Shown here in pieces: positions 10,901 through 25,620 of a DNA stretch of 64,000 nt. The first letter of the stretch is position 1. Every line of letters starts with the position of its first letter. The translations under genes and the position numbers were made by a program. Below the pieces are notes generated by a model, which was not told the origin of the DNA, made no database searches, and saw only the letters and a program-made list of their open reading frames with translations. Source of the stretch: Octopus sinensis. Its lineage: Eukaryota. The stretch spans positions 90,148,001 through 90,212,000 of the forward strand of contig NC_043005.1 of the NCBI RefSeq assembly GCF_006345805.1. Direction: 5' to 3'.

Positions 10901-13900
10901 GATTAAGAAGATAAAGAACATGATTGGTTTTCTTTAAGCATTTCAGTGTTCTATAAGAAAAGAATTTGCCAATAAATACAAGCAATATTCTATGCTTAGT
11001 CAACTACAGAGGCATGTTTGGGATTCTTGGTATGTCTTGACATTTTGCACAATTTTTGCAAACAAAAGAGGCTCACGACTATGTCCAAACTGTTCACTGT
11101 TTGATAGACTGAGATTATTAGCTTGCATGGTAACAGATCGAGGGTTGGTGACAGGAAGGGCATTCATTCAACAAGAGGAATTCTGAGTCATGCAAGCTTG
11201 GAAAAGTGGGTGTTAAAAACGAGGGGAGGAGGTGCTCAAGTTTATTTGACCCATTAACTTATTGCCTTTGTTTCAATTAATTTTGAAAATAAGAATTTAA
11301 TAAAATGTCATTATTGAGCTGGGTTTTGGAACAAATCATCATCATTTAGCGTCCGTTTTCCATGCTAGCATGGGTTGGACGGTTCAACTGGGGTCTGTGA
11401 AGCTGGAAGGCTTCATCAGGCCCAGTCAGATCTGGCAGTGTTTCTACAGCTGGATGCCCTTCCTAACACCAACCACTCCGTGAGTGCAGTGGGTGCTTTT
11501 TACGTGCCACCCGCACAGGTGCCAGACAGAGCTGGCAAACGGCCACGAACGGATGGTGCTTTTACGTGTCACCGGCACGTGGGGTCAGGCGAGACTGGCA
11601 ACGGACACGAACGGATGGTGCTTTTACGTGCCACCAACACGGGGGCCAGACAGAGCTGGCAAACGGCCACAAACGGATGGTGCTTTTACGTGTCACCGGC
11701 ACGGGGGCCAGGCGGGGCTGGCAACGGACACGAACGGATGGTGCTTTTACGTGCCACCAACACGGAGGCTAGACGGGGCGGCGCCGGCAACGACCACGAT
11801 CGGATGGTTCGCTTAACCACAGCTGCAATTCCCACTGGTGTTGATCGACCTCAATTTGGTTATGCTTTCTGATATATGAATTGATTTGGTTTGATTTTGA
11901 TTTTGACTGTTCTCACTGGTCTTGCCAGGTTTTCTCACACACAGCATACTTCCATAGGTTTCGGTCTCTGGTCATTTCCTTGGTGAGACCTAAAGTTCGA
12001 AGATCGTGCTTCACCACCTCGACCCAGGTTTTCCTGGGTCTACCTCTTCCACAGGTCCCCTCAACTGCCAGGGTGTGGCACTTTTGCACAACTATCTTCA
12101 GCCATTCTCGTCACATGACCATACCAGCGCAAACGTCTCTCTTGCACACAACAACTGATGCTTCTTAGGTCCAACTTTTCTCTCAAGGTACTTACACTCT
12201 GTCGATTATGAACACTGACATTAAGCGAAATTTCAATGGAGGGTTTTTAATTCGAATCACTCTAAAGAGGTTTGTATCATAGAATGAGGGGTGGTGTCAG
12301 GTGTTTGTATCAAAGCGGTTAAGATTGCATTATATCCAAGTAAATATGTTAAGATGAGACTTGGCAGAATTCTATAAAATTGTTAAAATGGTTAAGCGGT
12401 TAACTGGCTCAGCCTCAAAATAATAGACACGAGAAAAAAAGAAAACAGAAAGGGTTACCTTTGGGAGTGAGCTTGAAGGAAATACTTTATAAGTGGCTTT
12501 AGCAAGAACAAACAAGCTGCTAACAGCCTTGGAAGTTTTTTCTAAGAGTAAAGGAACTGAATTTGGAGAGGTTATTTCCGAGAACAGAGTAGTCATGATT
12601 CCAATAAGGTGTCGGGCAGCTGATTGGAGTGAAGCAAAATTTACAGTCTGAAAATTAAAATAACATTTAAAAATAAAATTTAAATGATTAAAATCAGCAA
12701 CAAAAAGAATTTAACATTAGATATCATTATAAACACTCATTTAACCCTATTTCTGTTGAAATATATTTGCCTTTGATTCAATCAATTTTGAAAATAATGA
12801 ACTTATTAAAAATAATTTCTGTCCTTATTAAGACAGCATTTGAAATGAAAATCACCACAAACTTTCGATGGAAGAATATTTTGATCACTTTAAAACAGGA
12901 ACGGAAAGTTTGTATCATGGAGCCAAGAGTGATTTTAGGAAAGTTTGTATCAAATGGATTACGGAAGTAAAAAGAAACCGGATCAGTAACAGATCTGGAG
13001 TTACATATCTGTCACTGTGTCAGTCACTTTACTGATTACACTATCAAATGCCAGCTATTCCAGCTTCTCAAATTAGCTTTTAACCCTTCTGATGCCAACA
13101 TGCTTGAAACCCCCCCCCTGGTTCTAGGATACAAACTTACTGTTTTAAAACCATTTAAATTAAAATTTTACATCAAAATTACATGTTAACTCTTTACTCT
13201 TTTACTTGTTTCAGCCATTTTGACTGTGGCCATGCTGGAGCACCGCCTTTAGTCGAGCAAATCGACCCCAGGACTTATTCTTTGTAAGCTTAGTAAACAC
13301 ACCAGCATCAGTTGTCAAGCGATGTTGCGGGGGACAAACACAGACACACAAACATACATATATACGATGGGCTTCTTTCAGTTTCCGTCTACGAAATCCA
13401 CTCACAAGGCTTTGGTTGGCCCAAGGCTATAGTAGAAGACACTTATCCAAGGTGCCACGCAATGGGACTGAACCCGAAACCATGTGGTTTGTAAGCAAGC
13501 TACTTACCACACAGCCACTCCTACGCCTATAAATTTATATTCCAAATACCAGCTTAATAATGAGAAAGTTATTTTACTAAATTCATTTTTTTTTTCGAAA
13601 TTAACAGAAACAAAAGCAGAAACAGAGTAAGAAATGGGTTAATAAATCATTTTCTATTTCAACAAGTTTTAATCTCCATAAGCTATTTCACTATTTCATA
13701 ATCACTTGGTGCTAGCAAGATACAATTTATTTCTGCTATTTCAACTGTATTATTTTATTTCCACAAGGTATTCAATTAGTTATTAAGCACTAAAAGCCTT
13801 GGCAAGATACAATAAATCCGTTCTATTTTAACTGAAAATTTCAGTTTCTTCCCACAAAATATTTTGATGAACTACTAATGTCCAACACAATGAACTATCT

Positions 13901-16900
13901 TGTTTAAAGTTTTCAACAAGAAATAATTCCATGACACATTAATCATCATTAGGACAATATATTCCATTCATATTCCCCACCACTATTCAAGGGATGACCA
14001 TAGGGATAGAGTCCTCCATAGGGTCCTATCAGGAATAACCATCATTACACTTTCCACCTGGATTCCCATGTATGATTGATTGAGACAGTAGATATAATCC
14101 AGCCACCTCATTCTTGGTGTACATCAAAGTCTCCTACTGGTTGGCTCGGCCTGAAGAATCCATCTTGTGATTCTTTCCTCTGACATTCTAATCACATGAC
14201 CACAGTACCAGAAATATGATTCTTGACTGGAGAAGGAGCAATTCAACCTGGAGACTCCTGAGCTCCAAGCTGTACACCCTATTAAAAACATTACTCAAGA
14301 GACCCTTTTGTAGCAACTCTATTTCAGACCCTTGAGTTCACACCCAACGTTCATGATGATAGGTGAGGACAAACACGAAAACCAAACTGAAGAGGTTCTG
14401 TTGGCTATTTTAAATATAAAACTGAACAACAGTCTCAGTGAATATTTATTTCCCACAGAATCCCAACAAACCAGGAAGGAGTTGTGTAGTGTAATTCTGA
14501 TAACCTGGTCACCCAGAAAGCTATAATAGCCAGAGTGGGTTGAAGCCTGTCCTTAAGCCAGTTTCTTTTTTTCTGTAATGTTTAGTGATACCAACTGCAT
14601 TAAAATCTTATAGTAGAAAAGAAATCTCATTCAAAGATTATGTAACAACTAAATTACCATTATTCAGCATCTATTCTCATTGTGAGCATGAGTAGGAGGG
14701 CCTGACAGGACGAGGCAAGCTCCAATATCTACTTTGGTAGGGTTCCTACGGCTGAATGCGCTTCCTAACAGTAACCACTTTACAGAATGCACTGGCTGAT
14801 TCTCTTGTACCGCCAGCACAGGTATGGTTGCTAAGTAATGTGCAAAACAGGAAAATTGCAGAAAAAGGAAAAAAACGTTTGTACCTGTTTGTCAACACTA
14901 CTTTCATATTCTTCTCTGTTGATCTGCTCAAAGACAGAATTGGTGACAAGCACAACCAAATCAATAACAGAATTCAGATTTTTCAAAGGATTCTGCTTTC
15001 GTTTGCCACCCCATTTTCCAGGACTGCCAAGAGCTGCAAAATAAATTTTTAAATTTCAACAATTCTTAAATTCTTTTACAGGTTCAATCACAAAAATGTG
15101 AACATACTGGAGCAAGGAATAGCCAATTCCATTGACATTCCTTTCCCAATTTTTGCTACATCAACTGATAATTACATTTTTTACTGAGGAAGCATGAAAG
15201 TGGTGTGGATCAGGGTAGAATTTGAACTCAAAATATTTTGTCTGAACAATACTGAATCTCTTTTAGCCAGATACTTACTGGAACAGAGAGGAGGAACATT
15301 CTTTTAATACTTCTTATCAGAATACTGACAGAAAAAAGAAGATTTTCAGTATAACAAAATCTAACAACTGTGAGGTTGGACAAATGATGCCATGAGAATA
15401 AATTTTTCTTACTCCTAGTCTTTGTTGTATTCCTGGACTGAAACCAGTTTTACTTATAATTCATTTGGGAAGCTAGTATTAGAAAGACCCTCTCATGGGG
15501 TGAGGGACTTAGCAGTTTGCAATCAAATTAGCAAAATATATCTTTATTCTCTTTGCAAACCTAAGGAGATCCACAGGGACTTCGTCTAATTTTCATATAT
15601 TATTTTATCAGAGAGAGAGAAAGAGAAAGAGAGAGAGTAAGACAGACAAAGAGAGAAAGAAATCTCCACTGTTCCCCCACCCCTTAATTAACATGTCAAG
15701 TGATTATTTATTAACCTTCTGGTACAATATTTCCCAATGGATAGATTCGTAAATTGAAAGGCATGATGAATAAAATATTTAACCCTGTGACAACCAAAGT
15801 GCCTGCAGAGTGTGTACACACACACACACATCTATATATATAGCAGGCACTTTGATTGTCAAGGATCAAATATCTTATTCATCATATAGTGAGGGCACAT
15901 GGCCTAGTGGCTGGGGTGTTGCAGTCACTATTGTGAGATCGTGGTTTCAATCGCTAGACTGGCTGGTGTGTTGTGTTCTTAAGCAAAACACTTCATTTTG
16001 CATTACTCAGCGATCACTTCAACACTTGACACATGGCACACAGTGTACCTGTTCAGGTAACGTTTAATTTGATGGAGAGAGTGAGCCAATGTACAGTACA
16101 TACGTTTGTTCACTATAAACAAATCATTTGGGCAGGTTGTTCAGCAAAAACTGAACATCCACACATCAACTTCAACAAGGGAGTCCATTACATACATACA
16201 TACATGTATATATATATATATATATGTGTATATATATACTGGAACTCACAAACTGCTAGTTGATAGCTTAATGTCACACTCACCAAGCTATTCCTTCTAA
16301 ATTAACACCAAGCTTATGTCAGAACATTAATTATCAATAATTTAGAAAAAATTCAACTTTTTTTTTTAAATCAATATAAAATTAAAAACAATATGAGCAA
16401 ATAGAAAAAGAAAAACAAAGAACTTACCAAAAGAAGTATTTCGGCTGTGAGGGGAAAAATCCACAAAACTTAGCAAGGTTCCACAAATCATAGTTAGTTG
16501 CTCAAGAAACAAGGTGTCAGTCTTTAGTTTCTGAAGAAAACCAGAGAAATTAGAATAGAACCGTTTCCTCATACATAAATATTTTGGAACATGCAATTTT
16601 TTTATCAATTCTGCATGGTTTTATATTTAGTCTCATACAGAGATAATTTTGAAGGGGGAAAAAAAAAGCATGCAGTACACTCTGTAAAGTGGTTGGTGTG
16701 AGCAAGGACATCGAGCTGTGGCAACCAAGTGAAAGCAGACAATGGGGTTTTGCAGTCTTCTCACAAACCAATTCCTGTTGAATGGTTCAGCTTATGCGAG
16801 TACACAAGACAGTGATGATGAGGCGGTCATTGTTTAACCTCAGGTCAGCTTGGATCAAGCAGGGCCTATGAATAAAAGCATTCCAGTTCTGAGCATCTTG

Positions 16901-19900
16901 TCTTAATGTATATCATCATCCTCATCATTTAGCGTCCGCTTTCCATGCTAGCATGGATTGGACGGTTCAACTGGGGTCTGGGAAGCCAGAAGGCTGCATC
17001 AGGCCCAGTCTGATCTGGTAGTTTTTCTACGGCTGGATGCCCTTCCTAACGCCAACCACTCCGTGAGTGTAGTGGGTGCTTTTTACATGCCACCCGCACA
17101 GGTGCCAGACAGGGCTGGCAAACAGCCACGGACGGACGGTGCTTTTTACGTGCCACCAGCACGGGGGCCAGTCGGGGCGGCGCTGGCAATGGCCACGTTT
17201 GGATGGTTCGCTTACTTGTCACCGGCACTGGTATCACAGCTGCAATTTCCATTGATGTTGATCGACTTCGATTTTGGTTCTGCTTTCTGATTTAATTTTC
17301 CACAACTATATTATTCAAGGCTTAAGAGAATTCAGCTGCTATGCCCCCTAAAGTGCAGTTAAGCAGTTCACTTCCGAATCATGTAGTTTTGAGTTTCACC
17401 TCACTACTATAGCTGAAGGTCAACCAAAGCACTGAATGGATGTGGTACATGGAAACTGAAAGAAGCCCATCATGTGTATGTTTGTCTCCTTGTCTTGGCA
17501 TCACAGATATAGATGAGTGTCATTCATTTGTCTTCCATGAAAACATATCCTGCCATAAGGAAATATTACCTATTTCTTTACTACCCACAAGGGGCTAAAC
17601 ACAGAGGGGACGAACAAGGACAAACGGATTAAGTCAATTACATCGACCCCAGTGTGTAACTGGTACTTAATTTATTAACCCCGAAAGGATGAAAGGCAAA
17701 GTCGACCTTGGCGGAATTTGAACTCAGAACGTAGCGGCAGACGAAATACCGCTAAGCATTTCGCCTGGCATACTAACGTTTCTGCCAGCTCGCCGCCTTG
17801 AATATTATTATTATTCGCCATAAGGAAATATTACCGTTTGGAAACAGGTGAGGGTTGTTGACAGGAAGAGCTTCCAGCTGTAGAAAATATACTTCGGTGA
17901 ATCCCACTGACGGGAGAAACAAGTTTGAAAATGGATTCCATTTGATAATGTCCCTAAGTAACCAAACATTAGTGAAAAGGAATTTACCTGACTACCAGTA
18001 GGCAAGTGAAGGTCCGTCACAATGAGGTGGCTCAAATGTTCACAGGTGACATTAGGAGCAGCATTGACAACAAGGGCAGCAAGATTAGCGAATGTCCGAT
18101 AGATGTTTGACCAGGTCTTCATCAGGGTCTTGTTGACAGTCTGTGTAAAGAAAGGGGAAAAAATAGCAGTGAAAGGATAAAATGTAATCAGAAAAAGACA
18201 GAGGATGAAATTAAAATGGATTGAGTCTTCTACCTATGAACGACAGGTGCAAGAGAGTTAATGCTTTTACCTGGTTTTCAGGTTATGAAGTAGACCAGAG
18301 ATGATTATTCATCTCAGATAAGATGGATACAAGCATTTTTGTCTCCTTTCTTAGCAAGTACCAAATAATTTAGGAAGATCCCAAAATGTTAAAATAAAAA
18401 GTTTGTGGCTGTGTGGTAAGAAGTTTGTTTCCCAATCACATAGTTCCAGGTTCAGTCCCACAACATGGCACCATGGGCAAATGTCTTCAACAATAGCCTT
18501 AGGCCAAGCAAGGCCTTGTGAGTGGATTTGGTAGTGAGAAACTGAAAGATACATGCATGTATGGGTGTGTGTCTGAAGAGGTCCTCATCACTGCTTGACA
18601 ACCAGTGTTGTGTTTACATCCGTGTAACTTAGTGGTTCAGCAAAATAAACTGATGGAATAGGTTTCAGACTTAACGAAAAACAAAAAAAAGTACTGGGGT
18701 CAATTCATTTGACTAAAAGTTCTGCAAGGCAATGCCCCAGCATGACCACAGTCTAACGACTGAAACAAGTAAAAGATATGTAAAATAAAGAGCTTTGCTC
18801 ATAATCTCAAAAAAACTATTAATGGACTTGAACTTGTAAGCAATACACAAGCAGACATTTTCAACACTCCGTGGCAAATCACCTTTAGGAAAAATAAAGC
18901 GTGATCGTTGCCAGAGCAGCCAGCTGGCTCCGTGCCGGTGGCACGTAAAAGGGCTCCATTGAAGCGTGATCGTTACCAACGTTGCCTTACTGGCACTTGT
19001 GCCAGTGGCATGTGTAAAAAGATTCAAGCGAGGTCATTGCCAGTACCGCCTGACTGGCCCCATGCTGGTGGCACATAAAAAGCACCCACTACACTCTCAG
19101 AGTGATTGGCGTTAGGAAGGGCATCCAGTTGTAGAAACTCTGCCAGATCTAGATTGGAGCCTGGTGCAGCCATCTGGTTCGCCAGCCCTCAGACAAATTG
19201 TCCAACCCATGCTAGCATGGAAAGCAGATGTTAAACGATGATGATGAAAGAAAAAGAACACGAGGTCTTACAATGGGGAACTGCTTTAAACAATACTAAT
19301 ACTTTAGCAGGCAAATCAACAAAATGTCGCCACAAACAAAGTGCGTATTGTATGTAAAACCTGCTGAGCAGTAAACTGTTTACAGGTTATTGCAGCTTTG
19401 TTCAGATTAAAATTTTGGAGCTGGATCACGAGAAGCAGCTGTACTGTAATGAAATTAGCTTTATTATTTCACAAATGATGAAAGCAGAGGGAGATATAAA
19501 AAGAAAAAGAACTTACAGCAAATAACTGGTTGCCAAACAACCATTTGACAGGAAAAAATAATGAACGATAAAGACAGGTGAAGTTGTGTTCTAAAGCATC
19601 TCCTTGATTAATCTCATTGTTCTGTGGAATAAAAGAAAATAAACATTGTTTTGATGGCAATCTGTCCAAAACTGTCCCTGTTTAATCCTTTAGCATTCAG
19701 ATGACTGTCAAATATACTGCTTATGTATTCACATCACTTTAAAATTAACCAGGCATTATTCAATAAATTCGAGATTCCAATGATGTGATGATTTTTAAAA
19801 TGACACTGTAGGGCAGGTGTGAAAGGTGGGATACGACCAGTTTCAAGATACAACAGGTAGAATATTTTGGCAGGATATGGGCAGTTTAAATGCTAAGGGG

Positions 19901-22900
19901 TTAAAAATGATTGAAATTAAAACCTTCCCTCAGAATTTAACTTGTGTCTTATTTTACAAAATTCTTTGTTATTTTCAAAATTAAATGAAATAATGGTAAT
20001 GTATCTTAACAGAAACATAACAAAAAGGTGAGCCCTTTTGATACTGACCCTCCTGACACTGCTAATTTTATGATGCAATCTTCCCATTTTAAAGGGATCT
20101 AAATTAAAACCTTCCACCAAAATTTCAGGAGAATTTGTTCCAAACACCAGCTTAATAATAATGACATGAGTTATTTTACAAAACTTTTCGTTGATTTCAA
20201 GATTGATGCAAAGGCAGTGTATCTCATCAGAAATATAACAAAATGCTTAAACAGATCTATATTCAAAGGCATTCCAACCAAGACCATCAAGTCATATTTT
20301 ATTTGATTACAGTAAATCACTGACCACATCATCCAATGATAGTAGTGTGAACCAACCCATCTGAGGGGTTACGCCTGGTTCTCGGATACAAACTTCCAGT
20401 TTTAAGGTGACCTAAGTTAAAACTTTCCATCAAAATTCCATGTTCCAGACATTCAAGTTAATAACCCCACACAGTGAAAGAATGGTTGAGTGGTTAACAA
20501 GTTTGCACGGCACCTTGGACATCATCTATTACTGTCCCAGGCAGACCAGTGCCTTGTGAGGAAATTCAGTGAATGAAAACTGTATTAAGCCAATCATACA
20601 TTGTGTCTACACATGCATGAATGAATGTTGATATTTCACTATAGCATTTTGGTGAAACAGTGAAATTATGTCTGGTGAGAGCATTTTGGGGAGTGGCAAC
20701 AGGAAAAGCAACCAGTCATAAAATCTTGCTCCAAAATCAATTCCCATTAACCCTTTCGTTACCAACCTGGCTGAAACTAGCTCTGGCTCTGTAGTATAAA
20801 TGTCTTGTTTTCATAAGTTTTGAATTAAAATCTTCCACCAAATCATCACAATTCATGTTCCTGACACTAGCTTAATGATAAAGTTATTTTACTAAATTAT
20901 TTGTAATATTTAAAATAATTGAAAAAAACACAGAGCATCTCAAATACATTAATGAAAGGGTTAAAATCATATTAACATGGAAAAGTGAACAAACAGATTA
21001 CTAACTTACAGACAAAAAAAAAATGTAGGAGGATGGAGGAACATTGGACAGTGTAGTCTCTGATATACAAAGACAGGATAGTCAGGGCTGAAAGGTTTTT
21101 TGACTATGGGTCTATTCAATCAGAACTGGCCTGTAGGTAAACAAGAAGTGTGTAATGTGTTGGGTAAACAAGTAATTACCTTTGAAATGTAGTCCAAGAG
21201 AGGATTAACTAAGCAAGACCACAAACGCCACAGCTGCTCTTTCTGTTCAACATAGGTAGCATGAAGATCTAGGATTTGAATCACAGCCTGACAGTATTCA
21301 AGAACTCCAGATGGATTGGCCATTCCCAGCTCAATCATACTCACAAATAATGTCAGGTAACTGAAAGAGAAAGAGAGAATGAAGTCTTAGCAACATTGTG
21401 TAATTTAATGAGGGCAGGCATGGTTAATGAATTTATACAAAGTTCAGGTGTCTTCAGGCTTAATTGCACTGCACAGCACTGTAGCTTTCTATTATAAACC
21501 TCATATTGACCCCACAACAGTGAGTGAAATGGGAGAGATGGAAACTGTTGAAAAGAAGCTGTATATAATTCAAGGGACCAAAACCTTGATACATGCTCTA
21601 CTAGAAGATTAGGTTAATCCTTTAGCATTCAGATGACTCCATCAAATGAATTGCTCACTTATTCACAGTTTCAAGTTAATCATGCATTATTTCATAGCTT
21701 TGAAATTTCATACATGTGACTTCAATTTCAGAATAGCATTGTAGGCTAGGTGTGAGAGGCTGGACCTGGCCAGTTTGAACATAAAACAGGAATAATTAGG
21801 CCAGATATCATCATTGTTTACAATTGCAGCGTGGAAGGTGTTTATAAGCCTTTTAAGAAACACACAAAACCGTTAGATTCACCTCAACATTTAAATTTAA
21901 TTTGTCAAAATATTTTCATCGCTTTGAGACCCCGACCTGTTCACTGACAAAACTTTGTGCTACATCTTTCAAATGGCTTATAAACACCTTCCACACTGCA
22001 ATTGTTTTCGTTCCAGCGCACGATCTCAGATCAGGTCACTTGCTATACAAGTACATCTCCATAACATCATTGTTTAATTTTCTTTAAAAGTTGGTATAGT
22101 AGTAATAGTAAGGCAGTAATAGTACTGTTAATATTTTTACTAATCCTAGTCTTAATCCCTTAAGATTTCAATATGTAGAAAAATGATTGGAAGTGGGATG
22201 GGGGGGGGGGCAAAGACAATTTCAAATAAAAAGGTATAAGAACTTTTCTGTGTACTTCTCTTGAGAAACTCCTTCCTTTAGCATTGATGGCGTCAGTAAG
22301 AGTTCAGTTAAAAACAGAGCTGGAGTACCCTGGACACAACAAAAGAGAAACAGCAAAATGAGAAATCAGATAAAATAATTCAATTACACACACACACACA
22401 GAGGATTACTGTTACTACTACTACTACTACTACTGTGGGTTTCTCTCAAAATATCATTTAACATCCGTTTTTCCAAACTGGCATGGGTTAGAAGGCTTGA
22501 CTGGAACTGGAAGGAGATAATATTTACCATCAAATACAAAAGATATTAGACACACATTCCAATGTGGCTTTGTGGTTGAGGGTTCAGTCCTGCTGCATAG
22601 CATCTTAAACAAGTGTTTTTTTACCATAAGTTTTGGCCAACCAAAGCTTTTGTGAGTTAGTAGGGTAAATAAACACTGAAAGAAGCCCTTTGATGTGTAT
22701 ATATGTACAGGTTCAAAGCCAGCCAATCATTCCGGAAGCGCTCAACTAGGGGAAGCAAATTTGCTCTGACCATATCAATAACTATGTTGAACCAGCAAAT
22801 GCTGGTGGACATTATATGGGTAGATTTAATGAATAAAGACTAGCTCAGCTCGATATATGGAAGCCAGCTTTATGTAAATTCTATCCAGGCAATGACCATC

Positions 22901-25589
22901 TAAAAACATTTTAACTACACAATAATGGTTACCAAAACTGCAAAATGTTAATCTCTCTCTATATATATATAAATGGCAAAATGTCTGTGTGTGTGTCCTT
23001 TATACAAATCCACAATTTTCCAGTTAGAGGGCTCGCACTTTCTATGGTCATTCAAAACCGTCCAAGGATGGTCGTGCACATCTTTACATTTCCCCAGTCA
23101 CCCCGCAAAGCCATTAAAAAATCAATAGAAGTGACTTTTTTGTGAATTTTATATCCAAAACTCAATCAAAATGCCCGAAACTTGATACGCCAATTGAATG
23201 CCAGCTAGCTATATGTGATTGGTCGGAGATTTGGACAGTACTTGCATGTATGTGCGCATGCATGCAGCTGTATATGCATGCACTAGCAATATGACCCGGC
23301 GTTGCTGGGTCATAGTGATAGTAACTAATAAAAATAATACATATTTTGCAAGTGAACAACCAATATTCTAATAACCTGTATGAATCCCAGTGAATGCGGA
23401 TTATTTTTACTTGCAATAAGAAACAAAGAAATCAGTTTTAACTGGTAAACCTAAATGAAATTGATAGCCATTATTGCCAACACAAACAATCACTCATTTT
23501 CATCAATATGACAAATGCAAATGAACGAATGGAAATCAATTTAAAATGGTAAGAAAATATATCTCTAATTTAGGTATTAAATCTATATATATATATATAT
23601 ATAAAGCTGAAGTTGTCTGTGTATGGCAGGTTTGGTAGCCTTCAACTAACACTATCTCCTCCTAGACCCTGCAGCGCAAGTTGACCAAAATTGAGAGTAT
23701 GATAGAAGAAGGCTTGCTCTTCCTTCCGTAGAAGAAAAAATTCAAATCGGACCATGTTAACACCAAAAATTATTTACATCACAAAGGTGCTTTTTTTTTT
23801 TCTATGAAAATCCCTATTTTTTACGATTTTTTACTGTTGTCTTCGCCATTTTTCGGTGTATTTCAACCAGAATAATGTTCACTTAAAGAGAATAACAAGC
23901 TACATAATGCAAAATTTTTACTTTTCAAAAATTCCAATTGTAAAGTGTTGAAACAAACCCGAGCAATACCGGGCAATACTGCTAGTAATAAATAATATTA
24001 GTCAGCAATGAAATTTTGAAGACCAAATCTTAGTGATTATTAAAAAGAAAATAACAGATTATAAAAGAAAAACTTACATGGATTTTTTCTCCACTGCTAA
24101 TGTTATAGGCTGTTGAACAAAGTATCTTTTTGGGGAGTTTGGTAACAGCAAGGAATAATTTCTGCAACAAAGAAGATAAAGAAAATCATGAAACAAATTT
24201 TTTTTTAAATAAAAAGACCAAATATTGATAAGCCAAGGCAACATGAAATTCATACAATAATCAATATAAAATACAAAAATGAGACAATGTCTACAAGATT
24301 GAAGACTGAACAAGTAACCACAAGGTTTCAAGTTCAAATCATGCAGCCAACAACCAAATTACATTATGCCATTTGCCTGATTTTTCCGCTCCCACTCCAT
24401 GGCTGATTATTAACCATAAAGTGCTTCGAGCTGTAAAACTACTTATGTAAAACGGAATGTAAATGTTGAATTTTTGCAAAAACTTTACATACAAGTCAGC
24501 TGAAGTGAAATGGAAACAAACAAAAGAACTCATCCATTTGCATAAGACGTCAAAATTGCCTGACCGATAAAATCTTGGGACAGCAAATCCTCTATGATGG
24601 TCAACAATCAATGACAAGATGAGCTCCTACTGGTCACACCATCCCAAAGTGTGTATGCATGTAACCAGGGACCAGGAGTGAACTTGTATTCCAACTGAAA
24701 TTCAGAACAGTTGTTGGATGGAACCAGCTCAACTCATTCCGGATGAATACAGATACATTCTGGAAGACGACTGGTAGAACAAGTACCAGGCTTAAAAGAG
24801 TTGATCTATTTGGCTAACAATACTTCAAGGCAGGGCCCCAGCATGGCCACAGTCAAATGACTGGAACAAGCAAAAAAGAAAAAGAAAATTAAAAGAATCA
24901 TTGACTTACATATTTGACTGAATAAGGTGCTGGTCGACTGAGAATTAGAGTTGAAAAGTCACAGAGAAAAGAAGATAGGGCATCCCTGGTGTCGGTTTTG
25001 AGGCCAGCTTCCAGACCAAGTTTTAGGTGTTCCACAAACAGCGACCAAATATAAACGACGAGATCATCTGATCAAATAATATCAAATGGATTATCATTAG
25101 AATTTAGAAAGGTTAAAAAATGTATCTTGAAACAAGAGCAAGAGGACATTAAGTGAAATATGAACATATATATATATATTATATATATATGTATACATAC
25201 CTGGTGCATCTGCAGAACATACCAATTCCACTAAACTATAGGCAATAACACTGCATTGTTTAAGAAATAGTGCTGGTCCCATTATAATGTTAGAATTCAA
25301 AGGTTCTGCAGGGGAAAAGAGAAAATATATATTAATGCAAATAGAGGTATGAATTAAATATTTAGGTATCAATATGAGAGATCAGCATCGTTTTCGTGTC
25401 CTTTGTTCCATGTTTGCATGAGTCAGATGCAAAATGCCCTTCTTGCAGTCAACCATCACTTGTTTCCAAGCAAGGTAATGCTTTCCCCCCATTGCCAGAC
25501 ATGTTTACACAGATGACTGGAAACAGACCATAGAAATCATAGAAAGTGCGATCCCTCTAACTGAAAAATTGTGGATTTGTATAAAGGAT

Positions 25590-25620
<31 letters not shown>

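Noticed and set aside
11375-11872. Regularly spaced repeats and overlapping ORFs resembling a CRISPR array or repeat protein
   Set aside because: The inter-repeat segments are themselves repeats, not unique spacers. There are no cas genes, the context is eukaryotic, and the array is the 3'UTR of an RTE LINE on the opposite strand.
24339-24617. 92-aa ORF inside RIF1 intron 13
   Set aside because: Exons 13 and 14 join in phase without it; no RIF1 similarity or convincing splice sites.
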